A stretch of DNA of 64,000 nt from Antedon mediterranea (GCF_964355755.1 NC_092670.1:25592795-25656794), one strand, 5' to 3'; shown: positions 38,427 through 53,400, counted from the first letter of the stretch. Program-made: numbers and translations. Notes: generated from the letters alone by a model not told the origin.

Positions 38427-41400
38427 CAATATATGAAAGTGGTTTAATAATATAAGTCTAGACTGTTATTGTGAGTTTTACTCATTGCAATGTACCAATA
38501 TGGGGTTAAAATTCACTTGTATGGACATCCATTGCTGCAGTCCATATTAATTCCAATCAGTATCAGAACAAATCTGAACTATTCTGGTGTTATTCTGTGG
38601 AGAATTTCCAATGAATGGCACTTGGCACACTGCCTGTTACAGTATCCCAAATAATCATAATACTGTATTGTCTGAGCATGATAAAAAATCTTTGTAATTT
38701 TCTAAATTGTAAATATTTACAACTACCTTTCTTTTTATATCTATCCTCTTAGTTTATAGATAACTAATAGTGGTTTAATTATGATAAACCAATTGTTTTA
38801 ATAGAAAAGAAAATAATTATGTGGAAATTTTGATATTTACTTTGTTGCTCAGCTGAAGAAATTATTGTATATATTTTGAATATAAAATATTTATTGGTAG
38901 TCAGAATATTAGTTTGACATTTAAAAACAAATTGTTCATATTTTAAACAAATTATATATGAAAAATGTCTTTAAAAGGTAAGTAGTGTTTTATGTGAACG
39001 CACTAACAATATTGAATCATAAAATTGTAATTTTTTTAATTTTTATCTATTGCATCTCTGACAATTTCACTTGATTTTGCGGGATTTGTTTAATATTTGG
39101 CTGTCAATGTCATTAGTGGAAATGTTATAACTTTATGGTGTTGATGTGTATGCTGTATTGAACTATAGCAGTGAATAGATTTCAGACAACGTTTGTTTTT
39201 TAATTTCTTAAATTAATTTTTGTTTTTAATTAATGTACATTTATTTTATGGTCTAAAAAGCGGATACTTGACTGCTGTGTTGCCCTACTAAAACCTGTTT
39301 ATTCAGAAATAAGTACTGTATATTGTTGAATTGTACAATTTACAAAAGCAATATAATTGCTTTTATATACTGTCTCGCCAAGATAAAACTATGGTTCAAT
39401 CATATAGTGTTGTATTGGGATCCGTTATCACATATAATAAGTAGGCAGACAGTATTCTGTAAGTTACAAGTAAGCATTGCAGTAGGTTGCTGCAGAAATA
39501 TTGAATTACTGCAGTAGATAACCACTATTTATATTTTGGTTATTTAAAACAAATTAAAACATCTTAGCAATCTGTACTTTATTTTGAATATTTTTTTGTA
39601 AACATTTTTATTTAGTCATCGCTTTAAGTGTATTGATACATTGTTTAACGTGATCTTGTATTTTAGCAGCCAAATTATAGAGTGTGTCTGCATTTTGTCT
39701 TGCATAATTGTATAATTTTTTACATTTCTTATAATATGCTGTTTTGAACAATGTTTACAGCGTGCATAATAACTACAGCTCCTCGCTTTTCACATAAGTT
39801 TTATTGTTTTAATCAAATGAATTGAAATTATATTCTTATTCTTATGTTTTTAAATTGTGCCAGACGTTCAGCTAAATTGTGCCAGACGTTAAGCTAAACT
39901 GTTTAGTTATTGTTTTAGCTGCATTTTATTTTATAAAGTGTTTTAATCTACGTAGAAACCAGCTCCCTGCAGAGGTCCGGTTTTGTTGTTTTTATTGTTT
40001 CAATCATCAGTATAGTGTAGACATGACTGTTATACATAACTGTTTTTAATTTTCCCTGGTTTTAAAGAATCCACGAATTGTTTTATTTTTTCTCTTTGCT
40101 TAAAAACAAAAAAATAATCACCAGGTATTGTTAGACATGTTTAGATAACGTGTGTACTGAGGTAAATATTTTGTGATCAGTAAAATAATGGTGCATAACC
40201 TATATGTACAGTATTGTCGATGATTTAAGAAATTGAGATCTGATATATGTAAAATAAATAATGATATTAAAATCATTAAGCCCTGGCGTCGGTTAATTTC
40301 AAATAGTTTTGATACCCGTGTGACAACGTGCGACACAAACTACTGTATGTTTTTATTTATGATGACAATGTAAAAGGTTGTTAATAAAATCTGTTTTAAA
40401 CTTGAGAAACCATTGTCGAAAAAAGGTGAAGAAAACGTGTTAACTAATCGGTACTAAATGTACTGTCAATTCCGTAAAGTGTTTTTTATAGTTCGATTTA
40501 GATTCATTTTGTGTAGTCTCGATAAAAAATCCAGAGATGGCTATTGACACTTCAAATCGCAGTCCAGGTTCTCTTGAGCTGATTCTACTGATATGGCAAC
40601 CCTTCTCCGTCGTCTTCGTAAAGAGAGATTGGTAGTTTGTGTTGACGTCCATTCCGTTTGCGAGGATCACTTGTATAGCGATTGACTTCAATTTCATTGG
40701 CGAAGAGTAAAATCTCTGAAAGTATTTTTTTCGTTTCGTTGCTCAAAGAATTCGCTCCAAGATTTCAAAGTTAAAATTCGTTTCATTTCTTATTCTTCTC
40801 ACTCGATCCAACACAGATAGGACGAGCCACACATGTTCCTTATACCCTTCTTTTTGTGTGTCCGGACGCAGCAACAAATCAGCTTACCAGTCACTTACTA
40901 ATCAACTACAAAAGAATACCAAACATGTTTTGCGTACCATCTAGGGTCGTGTCCACAGATTGTTCTCGAATACACAGTAATTTCAGCGTAAAAAAACTGG
41001 CGATTTCAAATGTACGTACCGCACGACTATAAATAAATTGTTGTTTTCAGAAACGAATAAATAGACACGATGATTAAAATGTAGTCAACTAAAATTAGCA
41101 TCCTGTGAATTAGGCCTACTTCTGAAGGAGAAACTTGTCTTAAAAATGAGTCCAAATTTTTTATTTGAACTCATTTAAACAAACCCAATTTGTGTTTTGT
41201 ATATAACATTAGAGTTGAGGGATGGGGAAGAGAATGGGAAGAACAATTCTTAAATATATTCTCTATCCACTCAGTAACGAAATATTGTTTTAAATGTTTT
41301 ATAGGCCTATCATTAATATACCACTAAACACAGTAAAACGGATTAATATTTTTTTTAACTGTCCCTGTTATAGTCGATTGAAATAAAAAAAGTACATGTA

Positions 41401-41872
41401 ACGATACACCACTACGACGTTTATATTTTTTATAATCATTAATTAATACAAACGTTGAGAAGCAACTGTCAGTAATAAAGTTTTTATTTTATATTATGTG
41501 TTTATATATTCAGCAGTAGGCCAAGAGCCTATCCACAGTCACAGTAATAAATGTTCTTTGTATATGTGTTTATTAACAGTAACCTTATTCAGGTTATTCG
41601 ATTCAAATGGCTACCAATAATATTGCAATACTATATCTCAGTTTTAAGTTTATTCTCCAAGGGCCCATACATTTACCTACTTGTGTTAAACCAAGGGCTC
41701 ATACATTTACCTACAAACTGGGAGTCTGAGAGATTGGAATGTTCCATTCATCGCAAATCAATACATTTGTATAAACGTATATTAAATCTATCAAAGTAGT
41801 ATTTTTTAAGAAAATCGGCCTGTCTTCAACATTATGATACTGTACTCGAGCGGTTCAACCGGTTTTCAGGTA

Positions 41873-43753
41873 TCTATATATAAATTTACGTAAGGGCAAA
41901 ATTCGGTAAATCGCGCCTTACTTCTAAAATTTTTACTCGATGGTATATAAAGTTGGTTCGTACTTTCGGTACTGATTTTAACCACCTGATGTAACCCTGT
42001 TTACTAAGTTAGATAATTAGTTATTGACGATTAAAACGAATTTAGGTTCAACGATTTGCCCCAAATAGGGGTGTTTTCCAATCGTGGTATACACTGTCTA
42101 ATGGATGTCCATCTTGAAAAATACCCGCCACAAAAATGCGAGGAGGCTTCGCATTTTCCTATCTCCTCCTACGATAATTGTTTTTAATAGCTGAAAACTG
42201 GTTGAACAGCTAGAGTACAGCATCATAATGTTGAAGACATGCCGATTTTCTTTAAAAAATACTATTTTGATAGATTTAATATACGATTATACAAATGTAT
42301 TGATTTGCGACGAATGGAACATCCCAATCTCTCAATCTGCCAGAGTTTGGTTTAACACAAGTAGGTAGATTTATGAGCCCTTGGTTTAACACATACGGTA
42401 GGTAACGTAAATATATGGGCCATTTGAGAATAAACTTGATCAATACTGTAAATACCTATTAACTATTTTTGGTCCTCATTTGAATCGAACATTTCTTACT
42501 GTGAATGTTCGTACTGTTGGATGTAATATAAAAATATATACAAACTAGAGGGTACTCCGAGAGTACAAACCTCCGCCTACTGTAAAATTCCTCTACACGA
42601 TATGTCCCCGGAAAATATATATATATATATTTTTTTTTTTATGAGTTCTAAGTGTAAATAGGCTAACTACACCATACAAAGTTGTGGATGAGAGTGTGGT
42701 GTTATGGTTATTATGTATCCAGCCTCTCTCACAGTTGAGATCGCTGGTTCAAGTCCCACTGAGGTTATTTTTTTATTTATTTTTTGTTTTGTTTTTTGTA
42801 GACCTTGATCTTTGACCCTGACCCTTCAAAATTTTACCACAATTATATGATGAGTCATTGATCATTGTGGCTAAGTTTGGTGAGAATCGGATAAAAACTG
42901 TGGTCGCTAGGTAGTAATATAGTTTTTTGTTATTTGTGACCTTGACCTATGACCTTTTCTCCTCAAATTCGAACTCGTCCGAGCTTTTGAGGCATAGATC
43001 ATTGTGTCCAAATTTGGTGAGACCCGTGGACTCCAGGCTGTTCACAGACACACACACACACAAACACACACCCACACAAACATACAGGGGTGAAAATATA
43101 ACCTCCTTTGCGGAGGTAATAAACGTTATTACTGAGATTGTGGATAGGCTCTACTGTTAGATATATAAACACATTATTATATACACATAAACTTTATACT
43201 GACAGTTCCTTCTCAACGTTTGTATTAATTAATAATTACCAACAATATAAACGTAGTAGTGGTGTATCGTGACATGTACTTTAATATTCAATCGATTATG
43301 ACAGTGACAGTTTTAACAAAGTATTAAATCGCAAATGTTTTACTGTATTTAGAGGTATATTATTTATAGGCGTATAAAACATGAAAAAAATATTTCGTTA
43401 CTGAGTGAATAAAGAATATATTTAAAAATTGTTCCTCTTTGTACCTATCCGCTTTCCCATCCATACATAAAAAACACAAATTGGGTTTCTTTAAATGAGT
43501 CCAAATCAAAAATTTGGACTCATTTTGTGATAAGTTTCTCCTTCGGAAGTAATCCCAGGGTGCTAATTTTAGTTGACTACATAAATCATCGTGTCTATTT
43601 ATTCGTTTCTGTAAACGACAATTATAGTATTATAGTCCTGCGGAACGTACATTTGAAATCGCCAGTTTTGTTACGCTGAAATTACTGTGTATTCGAGAAC
43701 CATCTGTGGGCACGACCTAGATGGTACGCGAGCGAAGCGAGCGTACCATCTAG
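41873..43753 (+). mobile_element. Non-autonomous Helitron with intact ends
   Basis: 5' TC(TATATATAAATTTACG), 3' hairpin CTAGATGGTACGC-11 nt-GCGTACCATCTAG ending in CTAG. Inserted between A (41872) and T (43754) with no TSD. Confidence 0.88.
42544..43120. mobile_element. HINE-like repeat copy 3, nested in the Helitron
   Basis: ACTAG end, subterminal ACCTCCGC inverted to terminal GCGGAGGT, (TA)n, (CA)n and hairpin ACCTCC-TTTGC-GGAGGT. Absent at the homologous site (about 41555) of the other Helitron copy. Confidence 0.8.
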
Positions 43754-45415
43754 TTAAAATCAATTATCGTAGGAGGAGATAGGAAAATGCGAAGCATCCT
43801 CGTATTATTGTGTGCTGGTATTTTCCAAGAGGACATCCATTAGACAGTGTATACCACGATCGGAAAACACCCCCTATTTGGGGGCAATTCGTTGAACCTA
43901 AATTCGTTTTAATTGTCATTAACTAATTATCTAACTCAATTTAATTAGTAAACAGGTTTACATTGGGTGGTTAAAATCAGTACCGAGATTCTAACCAACT
44001 TTATCATCGAGTAAACATTCTAGAAATAACGCGCGATTTAAATAATTTTGCCTTTACGTAAATTTATATAGATCCCGTTTAGAAATCCAGAGATACGACG
44101 TGTCAATTTTGAAGGCGTTTCAAATGGTTTTGCTTTAAGAGATTCTCCTACATCAACAATAACTGATTCAGCACGAGAGAGAACTTCTATAGATTTAATT
44201 AGATCCCTCCAAAAAGCAATCTATTCCAGGCCATTGAAGAGTTTACTGGTTGTCATCATGGATTCAACAGCAGTTTCCATTTGTTCCGTTGGTTTACGGT
44301 CTTCTTCTAGCAACCTTGATACTCGTTTTCTCTGGAAAGCACCGTCTGTAATCTCTGCTTCTATAAGAACTGCACTGGGTGCCAGGGTTAAGTATTTATA
44401 TTAAACTTTATTTCCGATTTCTCCATATACAGTACATATAAAAAGTAAGCAAAACATTCAGCTATATATATAAATATATAATAATGGGTAGTATGAAAAC
44501 AAAACTAAACACTAGGTGCTCAAGTACTCCATGTGGCATAAACTTTTGATCCAAACATGCTAGATTGTACAACAACCTTTACGGGAGAATTGTTGCTATT
44601 AGTAACTCTATTCATAAATCCATAACAAGTTTTTCTATATATTCATAGAAAGATGGAGCATTACTTGTTACAAACATTTGACTAGCACTACAGTGTCTAA
44701 GAAGACCCATACATTTTCTGAAGGAATTATTATACACACCTACAACTCTCTAATATTAACCTGAGTAAAGAGTGAATAATTATACTATAGACTACTACAA
44801 TACATGCTACAATACAATTTAGACAGATTACACTTAACCTCATTTGCGGCATAACAATTAGCATGTATGCAAGTGGATCTGTACTGACGTCTGGTATCAT
44901 GAACATCATTTAGATCATAGGATAAATATGACCAAGGTACTTTACTCAGCAACAAAATTAAGCTCATTACCATAGACACAGAGAGTAATATATGTGTTCT
45001 GTCTGTAATCTTTTTGGGATGATTTTTGTGCATCCCAATGTGTAACAGTTACATGCAAAAGGAATTAGCGTGTGGCTCTTGACATGAATAACACCATTTT
45101 TGAGTGGTCACTTAGGGCTACTGTTTCGGGAAAATTAAATTACAGGATAAAGTTGCTGTCATTCTAACATTCTATACAAATTATGCGGACAATGTCCAAC
45201 AACTTTTATCCGTGTGGCTTTTCACATGAATAAATCCATTTTTACCCCTCCTATTTGGTGTCGCCCCACCCCAGGGAACATTTTTTTTTTTTTTTTTTTT
45301 TTTTTATACTTAGGTGATATACTGGACGCAGGACTAAAGTCCAGATATCCAGATCCAATTGGTCCCAATCCTGGTATTTTGAATCCTAACTTGTGATCGT
45401 ATATTACTGGTTGAT

Positions 45416-45546
45416 TCCGCCACCCCACCACCAACACACCACCACCAACCACGGAACTATAGTTATTAGTTCCATGCACCAACACACCCCACCAACACGC
45501 CACCACCAACACACCACCACCAACACACCGTACCATACCACCAACA
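45416..45546 (+). repeat. CCA/CAA low-complexity repeat
   Basis: Repeated CACCACCAACACAC units. Confidence 0.8.
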
Positions 45547-46916
45547 GAGGGAGGTCGACTTATTTTTAATTTTGACTTTTTGTGTCATTTATATTTTTTG
45601 TACAGACAGCAAAGATTATAGCGCCGCTATACAATCTTTGCAGACAGCAGTTAACAGTAGTTCGTTAACGAGCTGCGTTATGTGTGCGACATGTGGGTTT
45701 TATTTTGGTTTATGTTATAATTTCACCAATGTTTTAGTCTTCTTTGCTCAGATGTTTTGTGTTTGCAATATCTGAAATTTATTATAATGTGGGCCTAGCG
45801 GTGTAGCTTACCTAGGCCTACGCTACTGGGCGACTCGTGTCTAGCTAGGAGCCACTAACTAGGCCTACTACTAGCTAGGCTAGTAGACTAGCTTTATGTG
45901 GGACGTTAGTTGGTGGGATAGGTACTACGGCCTACTACTACTACTACAGTACTAATATACTAGCCTACATACGAGCTAGGCCTAACCTGTATACTTTGGA
46001 GGCTAGGCTATCCATAAATTCTCCACCAACCAATGCAAGTAAAGTTAGGCCATGGAGTAAAGAATAGGCAGGGAGGGAAGTAAGTAGCTACTGTCTAAGC
46101 CTAACTTAGTCTTAAGTAAGTTATAATAACAATTATATTATAATGATATACTTAGCCTACTACTAGGCCTAGGCCTAATACCTTGCTTGCAAGCAAGGTG
46201 TGGTTTCTGTTGATTTCAAGGGTAGGCCCCTAGGTCTAATTACCGAAAACAAACTGAAAACAAAATTTAAAAAATCTAAATACCGAAAACAAATTTGTAT
46301 AACTATAATATTTTTTAAAATAATGTTGCCCTCTGTCTGTTTTAAGTATACTTTATAGTCCCTAATTATCAATATTCTTAAAAATATCATTTTTGTATTA
46401 TTATCTTTTGAAAATCTATAATTAAATTGATCATGATTAATGTATTCACAATTAATGTGTGAGGAGTATGCGTTATACTAAAGACTAAATCAAAATATGT
46501 TTCAAGATTCTGTAAGTAGATGTACAGTGTTATCATTGAGTTTGTACACTTTTTAGTTGTATGTTGTGAACCATTTCGTGGGGTCTTCTTTGGCTTTTGC
46601 GCGTGTAGTCTTCTTTCTGTCATGGTCTTAGCTTTAGAAACACCCATCAGTAGAGGGCGACATTAAAAAAGATTATACAAGTTTGTTTTCTGTATTTCAG
46701 ATTTTTTGTTCTGTTTGTTTTTCGCTTGCTTTTTGGTTGTTTTTGGTAATTAGACTGACTGGGTTTCAAGGTTGGCTTTTCTATCTCTATGTTGCTCTAT
46801 GTTTACTATTATTTATGAATACTATGAAATGAATAATAATTGTCCTTTTTCTTTGTTAATTTCCTTTAATTTATCCACATCATAAGACATAACATAAGTG
46901 TACAGTAGTCTTTTAA

Positions 46917-47160
46917 TAGACGATTTTCGTGCCATAGAAGCCATCTTGCAGAGATGACAGTCGTGACCAGCCGAGCATAAAAATAAAAATAACAGCATTT
47001 TCATTCAATTTCAGGACACCATGTTAATTAATAAATCGTAACAAGGTACAATTTTTTAATTAACATGGTCCCCTGAAACCTCTATGTTATTTTTTGTTGG
47101 TTGCGCTCGGCTGGTTCCTTCATCTTTGCAAGATGGCTTTTATAGCACAAAAATCATCTG
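46917..47160. mobile_element. Palindromic MITE of about 245 bp
   Basis: AAGCCATCTTGCA/TGCAAGATGGCTT, CCAGCCGAGC/GCTCGGCTGG and ACCATGTTAATTAA/TTAATTAACATGGT pair symmetrically around about 47040. Confidence 0.75.
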
Positions 47161-47417
47161 CTAGTGATCATGCACAAGGCCAGGAGGCCTAGGCCTGTTA
47201 TTTTCACTTTACTTTTACTTTTATGTGCGAGACATTGACACTGCAATTTTTGTAGCAATTTTATTTTCTTAACCGACATGTCAAACAAACTTAAAATTTA
47301 TCCATATTTTTAATCTATCTTAAATCCAGAGATGGCTTAATGTTTGTAGAAATTTGATTTCATGATAATGGAGTATATCTTGGTTTCATTTCAGATATAA
47401 AAATTAGAAGTAAATAG

Positions 47418-50400
47418 ATGTCAATAAACGACATGAGTAACTACTATGGAAATCATTTACATAATTCATCAATAAGGTGTAACCCAAGTACAGAGGAATG
47501 TCACCATCATTCTTTGGCACCAAGAAGTGGTAGTCTACCCAGAAGGGAGAGAACGGGGCATTCATCTCAGAGAAGGGGTTGCTTTAGACATCATGACCGA
47601 TATTTATCATGTGACATGGACACTGTAGACCATGCAGAAGATGACTATCAGGGTTTTGCAAGTTGCGACACCAGTTCTGAAGATGATCGACAGCTGTACT
47701 TCCAACCAGATAGGAGAAGCCATCTTTATACCCAAAAAAAGAGTGGTCGACACAACACTTTTAAACGAACTGATAACTTTGTTTCACCAAATCATGACCT
47801 TGAGAGGACTGCCAGCCAGTTGTCTGTAGCATACTCTGCACCAAGTCATAGGCCTAGCTCTAGTACATGTGGAATCTGTTCTTGTTGCAGTGAAGCTTCA
47901 GCCTTCCAACAGTGTAATAGAGGTAACGAGACATGTGGCTATTTTGATACATCCACCAGTAGACCACAACCACCTGAATATTCTGGAACTCATGGAAGAC
48001 ACATGCCATGTTCTGGATGCCATCATAGTTCTCCAAAACATGTCTTTAACTTAACTACTCAACTGAAAGCACTTCTGCAACCAGAGAGTAGCCATGAGGC
48101 TGCCCACACTTCTTCACACCAGTTGATGATGGCAGCGCTTCAAGATTCCCACACAACCTGCTGTATGCAGCAACAGCATTCCTGCGTCAGTGATCACCAA
48201 CAGTGTTGTACACACAGGTACCACCAACAGAGTCAAACTCATTGCATTGATTGTGCCACCAACCACAGTGGAAATTCAGTGCACAACAAGTATTCAGTAC
48301 CCCAATATCAAGACCCAAGTATTCTTGCCACTTCAGGTTTCCATCCACTACCTCACAGACCCTCTTGTAGTAACCCTCAAACATTTCCACCTCAAACCCC
48401 TTTACGAATGTGCGATAACTTGCCACAAGGAGCCTCTTCACCACCTTGTATGAGAAGCAGTACTAACCATTCCTTAGGGCATAACATCACCAGCGAAATT
48501 ACTGCTCTCTTTGACCAAAGCTTTCAACACACTTCAACACCAGATGTCGGAGCTTCTGTAACGACATGTCGGACACAACATTCAGTTCATCATACCTCTC
48601 CTAGTACATACTGCCACTGTCTGAAATGTAGTGGAGGGGCTTCGTCATCACCACGCTGCGGACATTCTGGGCAAGTTCAGCCGCCATCTGTGGTTCCTTT
48701 GGGCCTGGAGGGAAAGTGCAATCCACTGCAAAACACTACCACCGATGAAAACGGTAAGATAGTTTTATGGCTTGTAACAAGAACATAGATAATTATGCTG
48801 TACAAAAACCTAATACCTGGAGAAGTGTAATTAACATTGGTGGTAGCAGGATTGAATTAATGGTTTACAAACATATGTATTTTTTAGTTGTGGATGCAAT
48901 TAAGGTTTCTTCCAACTCTGTATCCTAAAACTCTGTCTACACTATCAAACCTTATGTGACAACAACATGTGATGTGCCCATACACGATGACGTCTATATT
49001 TGGGCACATTACACTTTTTTGTCAAACTAGTTTGATAGTTTAGGCAGAGCTTCCTAGCCTCATTTTAACACAGCTCACATTCCCACAGAATCCCTAGTTT
49101 TTATTTTGTCCCTAAACTTTAGCAATCTTTCACATGGTGTGAAATGAATCATGTATTAACTAAGAGGAAGACATATTGTGCAATAACTGTCCCACACATT
49201 GTGTACAAATTTCCCAATGATTTCTTGATTGAAATTACAGGTATAAATGAATCTACACCCACAGTTGACAAACCTCCAATTGGTGTCTTTTGGGACATTG
49301 AGAATTGTTCGGTACCAAGAGGTCGATCTGCTCTAGTGTTAGTTCAGAGGATTCGTGACCAGTTCTTTGGAGGGCACAGAGAAGCAGAATTCATGTGTGT
49401 CTGTGACATCAATAAAGAAAATAACTCTGTTATCCAAGAACTGAATGATGCTCAGGTTGGTGTGTTACCTTACAATATTTCAATATATATATATAAGTAA
49501 AATAAATATAAAAAAAGTAAAGAGCTGTGATAATGATACACTATACATGGAACTAGAGGTCATGAATGGAACTAGAGGTCATGAATACAAGTTATATAAA
49601 AACAAGTTTAGGCTTAATTCGAGGAAGTTTTCCTTCAGTTGTAGAGTTGTGAACTCGTGGAATAGCTTACCATCTAATGTTGTAAAAGCTCCAAATTTAA
49701 ATCTATTCAAGTCACTCCTCAATGATCATTGGAAGTCCCTTGACTGCAAGTTTACTTTTTCACATTTATAACCACTTTGGAACATTATGTGTACACCCGG
49801 AGCCCTAAGCACCTATATTTTGGTCATAAGACAGGAAGGGTCATATAAGCTATATTTAGCTTTCTAACCGACCCATAACATCAAGCAAGTATCAAGCAAG
49901 TATATAAAAAAAACTACAAGTTGATTCCACCGTATTTGTCATTGAAAGCACGGATGGGAAAAGGGATGAATGAATTAAGATATCTGTTAGTTCTACATAG
50001 TGTGCTATGTAGTCACTTTCCTGAGTTTCGTTATCACTGTGCATCAGTCCTACAATTACTGTGTCACCTGCATATTTAAGCAAATAGGTATTCATTCGGT
50101 CAATGGGATTTACAGTCGTTAGTATAGTACATACAGTTTATTCAGTTTCTCAATTAAGATAAGACGGTTGCATAGTCTTAAACGCTGATAAAAAATCTAC
50201 AAAAGTAGCACGGGCAAAACAATTTAATTTATCAGTTTGATGTTGAACTAAATTGACTAAACTTAAAACAGCATCATCAGCACATTTAATTGACTGATAC
50301 ACAAACTGCAATGGATCAATCATCGGAGATAACGAACACCATAAATATTTACAGACGATACGTTCTAAACACACCGGGCGAAAGTCATTTAACTCAGAAG

Positions 50401-53400
50401 GCTTAGCCTTCTTAACCACAGGTACAATAACGGCTTACTTTCAACACCTAGGAATCATATGCATGTCCATAGACAATTGAAATAAATTACTAAATGGTAT
50501 ATCAAGTTGATTGGCACATTCAATCAGGCCCACAAGCTTTCCTTTTGTTAACTCTCCTGAATTGTTTAAGCACATCCTGCTTATCAATAATGACCCGTCC
50601 AATACCTAAGTAATTGTTTATATGACGAGCAATAGATGAGTCATTGGGTGGGACATTACCATTGGCATCTTCAAACATAGCATAACATTTATTTTAGTTA
50701 GATACTTTTCCAGGAGTATCAAGCGATGAACGAAAAGTACCACCATTGACCTTTTGTAGACCTTTTTCATTTCATACATACATTTACAAGCATTTCTAGG
50801 ATTATTTGTTTTAAATGAGTCTTCCAACTTAATTTTATAATTATGTTTGGCGTTAGTTATCTTATTTTAATTAACCTTTTAAGTTTTAATATTACTTAGT
50901 TGGACAAAAATAATTATCATTAAAATCCTTTTGTCTGTCTTTCAACTAACCCTTCAGTTTTCTAGTTATCCAAGGTTTACCATTATTAAATATCTTAATC
51001 GTTTTACTACATACTAACATGTCTTGACAGAAAATAATATCATTAATAACATTAGCAGAAAGTTTAACATCAACAAAATAATTCTGACCAGTTCGTACAT
51101 TCTAAGCAATCTTGTAAACTTTCAATCGCTTCCTTGCTCCAGACCTTCACAACCTTTTTGACAGGTTTAAACTTCTTTGTGCGCTGTATATAACTCTGAA
51201 GATGTTGAACTACTCTGTGATCCGAGTTGCCGATACTGACATTTATTTGACTGTCTACAGAATTGAACACAAAAAAAGGTTGTCAGAGTAGATTGCAAGG
51301 TCATTGCAGTAATAAACTATTGTATGTTTTCTGTAGGTTACTGTTGCTCACATAAATGCCACTGCTAAAAATGCTGCTGACGACAAGTTGAAGCAAAGTT
51401 TGCGAAGATTTGCAGATACACACACACAACCGGCAACTGTTGTCCTTATCTCAGGTAAGTCTTAAAATCAGACTGCGCACTTTTAGTACTTCTATTATTT
51501 ACAATTTAAACTAAAATAAGTATAGTAAGTCAATTTTAATATGAAGAGAAAAATGTTATTGTACATCAGTTCTGTCCGACCAAATCACTTTAAAATGAAA
51601 GACTGTTTGCATATGGAACCACTCAAAAACTATAAACCATAATAATTATACTTGTCTATTTCAATATATAAATGCAACTGTCAACCTTAAACAACATCAA
51701 AAAGGTGTTCTATTTGGGTCTGTTGTTAAAAACAGTTGTCTCTCTTTCTATTCTATTGCAGGTGATGTTAACTTTGCTAATGATCTGTCTGACCTTAGAC
51801 ATCGGCATGGTCTTAAGATCATTCTCATTCATAGACCTGATTCCAGTGATGCTTTGACCACATGTGCTAATGAGACCATATTATTTAACGACTTGTTGGT
51901 AGATCTTCCATTTAGATCTCCTCTTAAGGTATGTAGAATTCTGGATTCAATTCTGTAAATCTGTGTTTGTAGGTTGCTACCTATTTATAATCATTCATTC
52001 TTATAATGAAATATGGTTTTTATTTCAATTTAGTACTGTATTGGCATTTTTAATTTGATGTCTATTCTAGGAGTGTTCTGAATATCACCAGTTAGTGGTT
52101 CGAAATCTTCCACCATTATCTGACATCAGCAAAGTGCGCAACAGACTTAAGCAACTCTCAGACAATTGTGGAGGAAAAGTTGTCTTTATAAATGACAACC
52201 TGGCTATTTTGAAATTCCAGAATGCTGAAAATGCTGCAAGGTTAGTATTTATTTCAACAGCTTGTATGTTGCTGTTAAAATGTAAGGTGTAAACATGATG
52301 TTTGTAAGACTTCTTCAAAGGGCCTAGAACTTTTGCCAATCAGATGTTGTGATGTCATCTGTGGCCAGTTGATTAAAAAAAGTCTGATTTTCATCTTTTG
52401 CATCATAGTATGCATGCTTTTATAATCTACGTATTCGAATCCCTTCAACATGTTAATATGTTGTTGCTCTTATTTTACTTTTACCTAGTGTGGACGATGG
52501 TTCTCGGAATGATAATGACTCGGGTAAAAAGTTTTAGAAGGACATTCTGGACTGGACGATTTCAGTCGGTTACGATTATTGAAATGCTTTTGATATTCGT
52601 AAAACTAAACCTACTCACTAACCTGTTTCACAGTTTCTTAGATAATTAATAGCGTTTTACGTATATTGTTTATTGTAGATATGAAAAGTGGTAAAAAAGA
52701 ATAACAAATGCTTGGTAAATTGTAGATAACAGTCCGATGAAATCTACTAAAAGTAGTATAATTGTGTTAAAAATATAATACAATATTGTGTGTATAAATG
52801 TGGATGGGCGTTTATTAGATGGTATTTGGAGGGGGGTGTTATGGCGATAATTATTTTAATTGATGTTTTATTGGGGAGGTGTTCCGGGCATTTATTCAAA
52901 TAAATACCATCCTATATGGTATAATGAATACATTATTCCGCGACACAGTGAGCCGTTTTGGCCCAAGACGTTTTAGACGGCTTGCAACATGGACAGAAGT
53001 ATCCCAGAGTCCTAACGGGACACAGATAGCGCACAGTATACATAAAGTCCTGGCAGCTGGCGGCTATCGGGGTTTCATTCAATTTCAAACAAAAGCTCTT
53101 ATCAGTTTTCTCGATTTATTGTTCCCACAATTTACTCCTATGTGTTATGAATAAATTTAATATGATCTTTATGTACTACTATACCTTCACACGCACAGTC
53201 CGAAAATAAACAAAGAACCAAAATAGCTATCGCCACCAAGCACCTTACCGTAAACCCGGAAATTACTTCTACCGTGCGTAGAGTTAAAATTTACCATTTG
53301 AAATCAGAAATTTTCCTATTACACCCTTTATAATATCTTCCTAAGATAGAAATATGGAACAATATCGTAATAGTAGAAACTAATGTTATCAAATCTACGT

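Larger units (their letters stand above)
40932..44072 (-). mobile_element. Older non-autonomous Helitron copy (3'-truncated), split into 44072-43754 and 41872-40932
   Basis: The minus strand starts A/TCTATATAAATTTACG at 44072. 43754-44072 is the reverse complement of 41873-42187, and 40932-41872 is the reverse complement of 42188-43729 without the HINE. Only half of the terminal hairpin remains. Confidence 0.85.
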
